A stretch of DNA of 64,000 nucleotides from Callorhinchus milii (Eukaryota): the NCBI RefSeq assembly GCF_018977255.1, contig NW_024704749.1, forward strand, positions 12,710,001 through 12,774,000, read 5' to 3'. A program made the position numbers and the translations under genes. Below are positions 63,856 through 64,000 of this stretch, in pieces. Under the pieces are notes generated by a model. That model was not told the DNA's origin, did no database searches, and saw only the letters and a list, made by a program, of their open reading frames with translations. Position 1 is the first letter of the stretch; every line of letters starts with the position of its first letter.

Positions 63856-64000
63856 CCGGAACATGTTGCACAAATACTCCAGCGACTTCTCCAAATACTC
63901 GTCTGTTTTCCTGATGCCGTCGGGTCCCAGGTCGTACAGGTCAGAGCCGCAGTAACCGGCGTTGCCAAGACTGGAACCGGACAATCCCAGCAATGCCAGC
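63856..64000 (-). CDS. SMPD4: SMPD4 internal exon, truncated by the window edge
   Basis: ...DLYDLGPDGIRKTDEYLEKSLEYLCNMFR followed by a gtaaat donor. Confidence 0.9.

Overview
Vertebrate genomic DNA with spliced genes. The repeats (tRNA-headed Deu/L2-tail SINEs, L2 and CR1 LINE ends) suggest a cartilaginous fish, probably a chimaera such as elephant shark; this is inference. Four genes were reconstructed by hand from splice sites and protein similarity. GALNT9 (- strand) has coding exons 1-2 here and continues off the left edge. MED15 (+) is complete: 18 coding exons, 36534-53805, 2133 nt, 710 aa, polyQ-rich. A CCDC74 homolog (+) is complete: 8 coding exons, 58539-61754, 337 aa. SMPD4 (-) contributes its last four coding exons and is convergent with CCDC74. 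The rest is SINE/LINE debris and minisatellites, which explain nearly all the long ORFs in the ORF track. I found no convincing new multi-gene system. The best leads are an RFX/MYB-motif tandem array at the CCDC74 promoter, a second X-box-like array, candidate cryptic or duplicated MED15 exons, a duplicated splice acceptor, a SINE together with its likely L2 partner, two CTCF-like sites, a perfect intronic hairpin, and a GALNT9-MED15 adjacency that differs from mammals.
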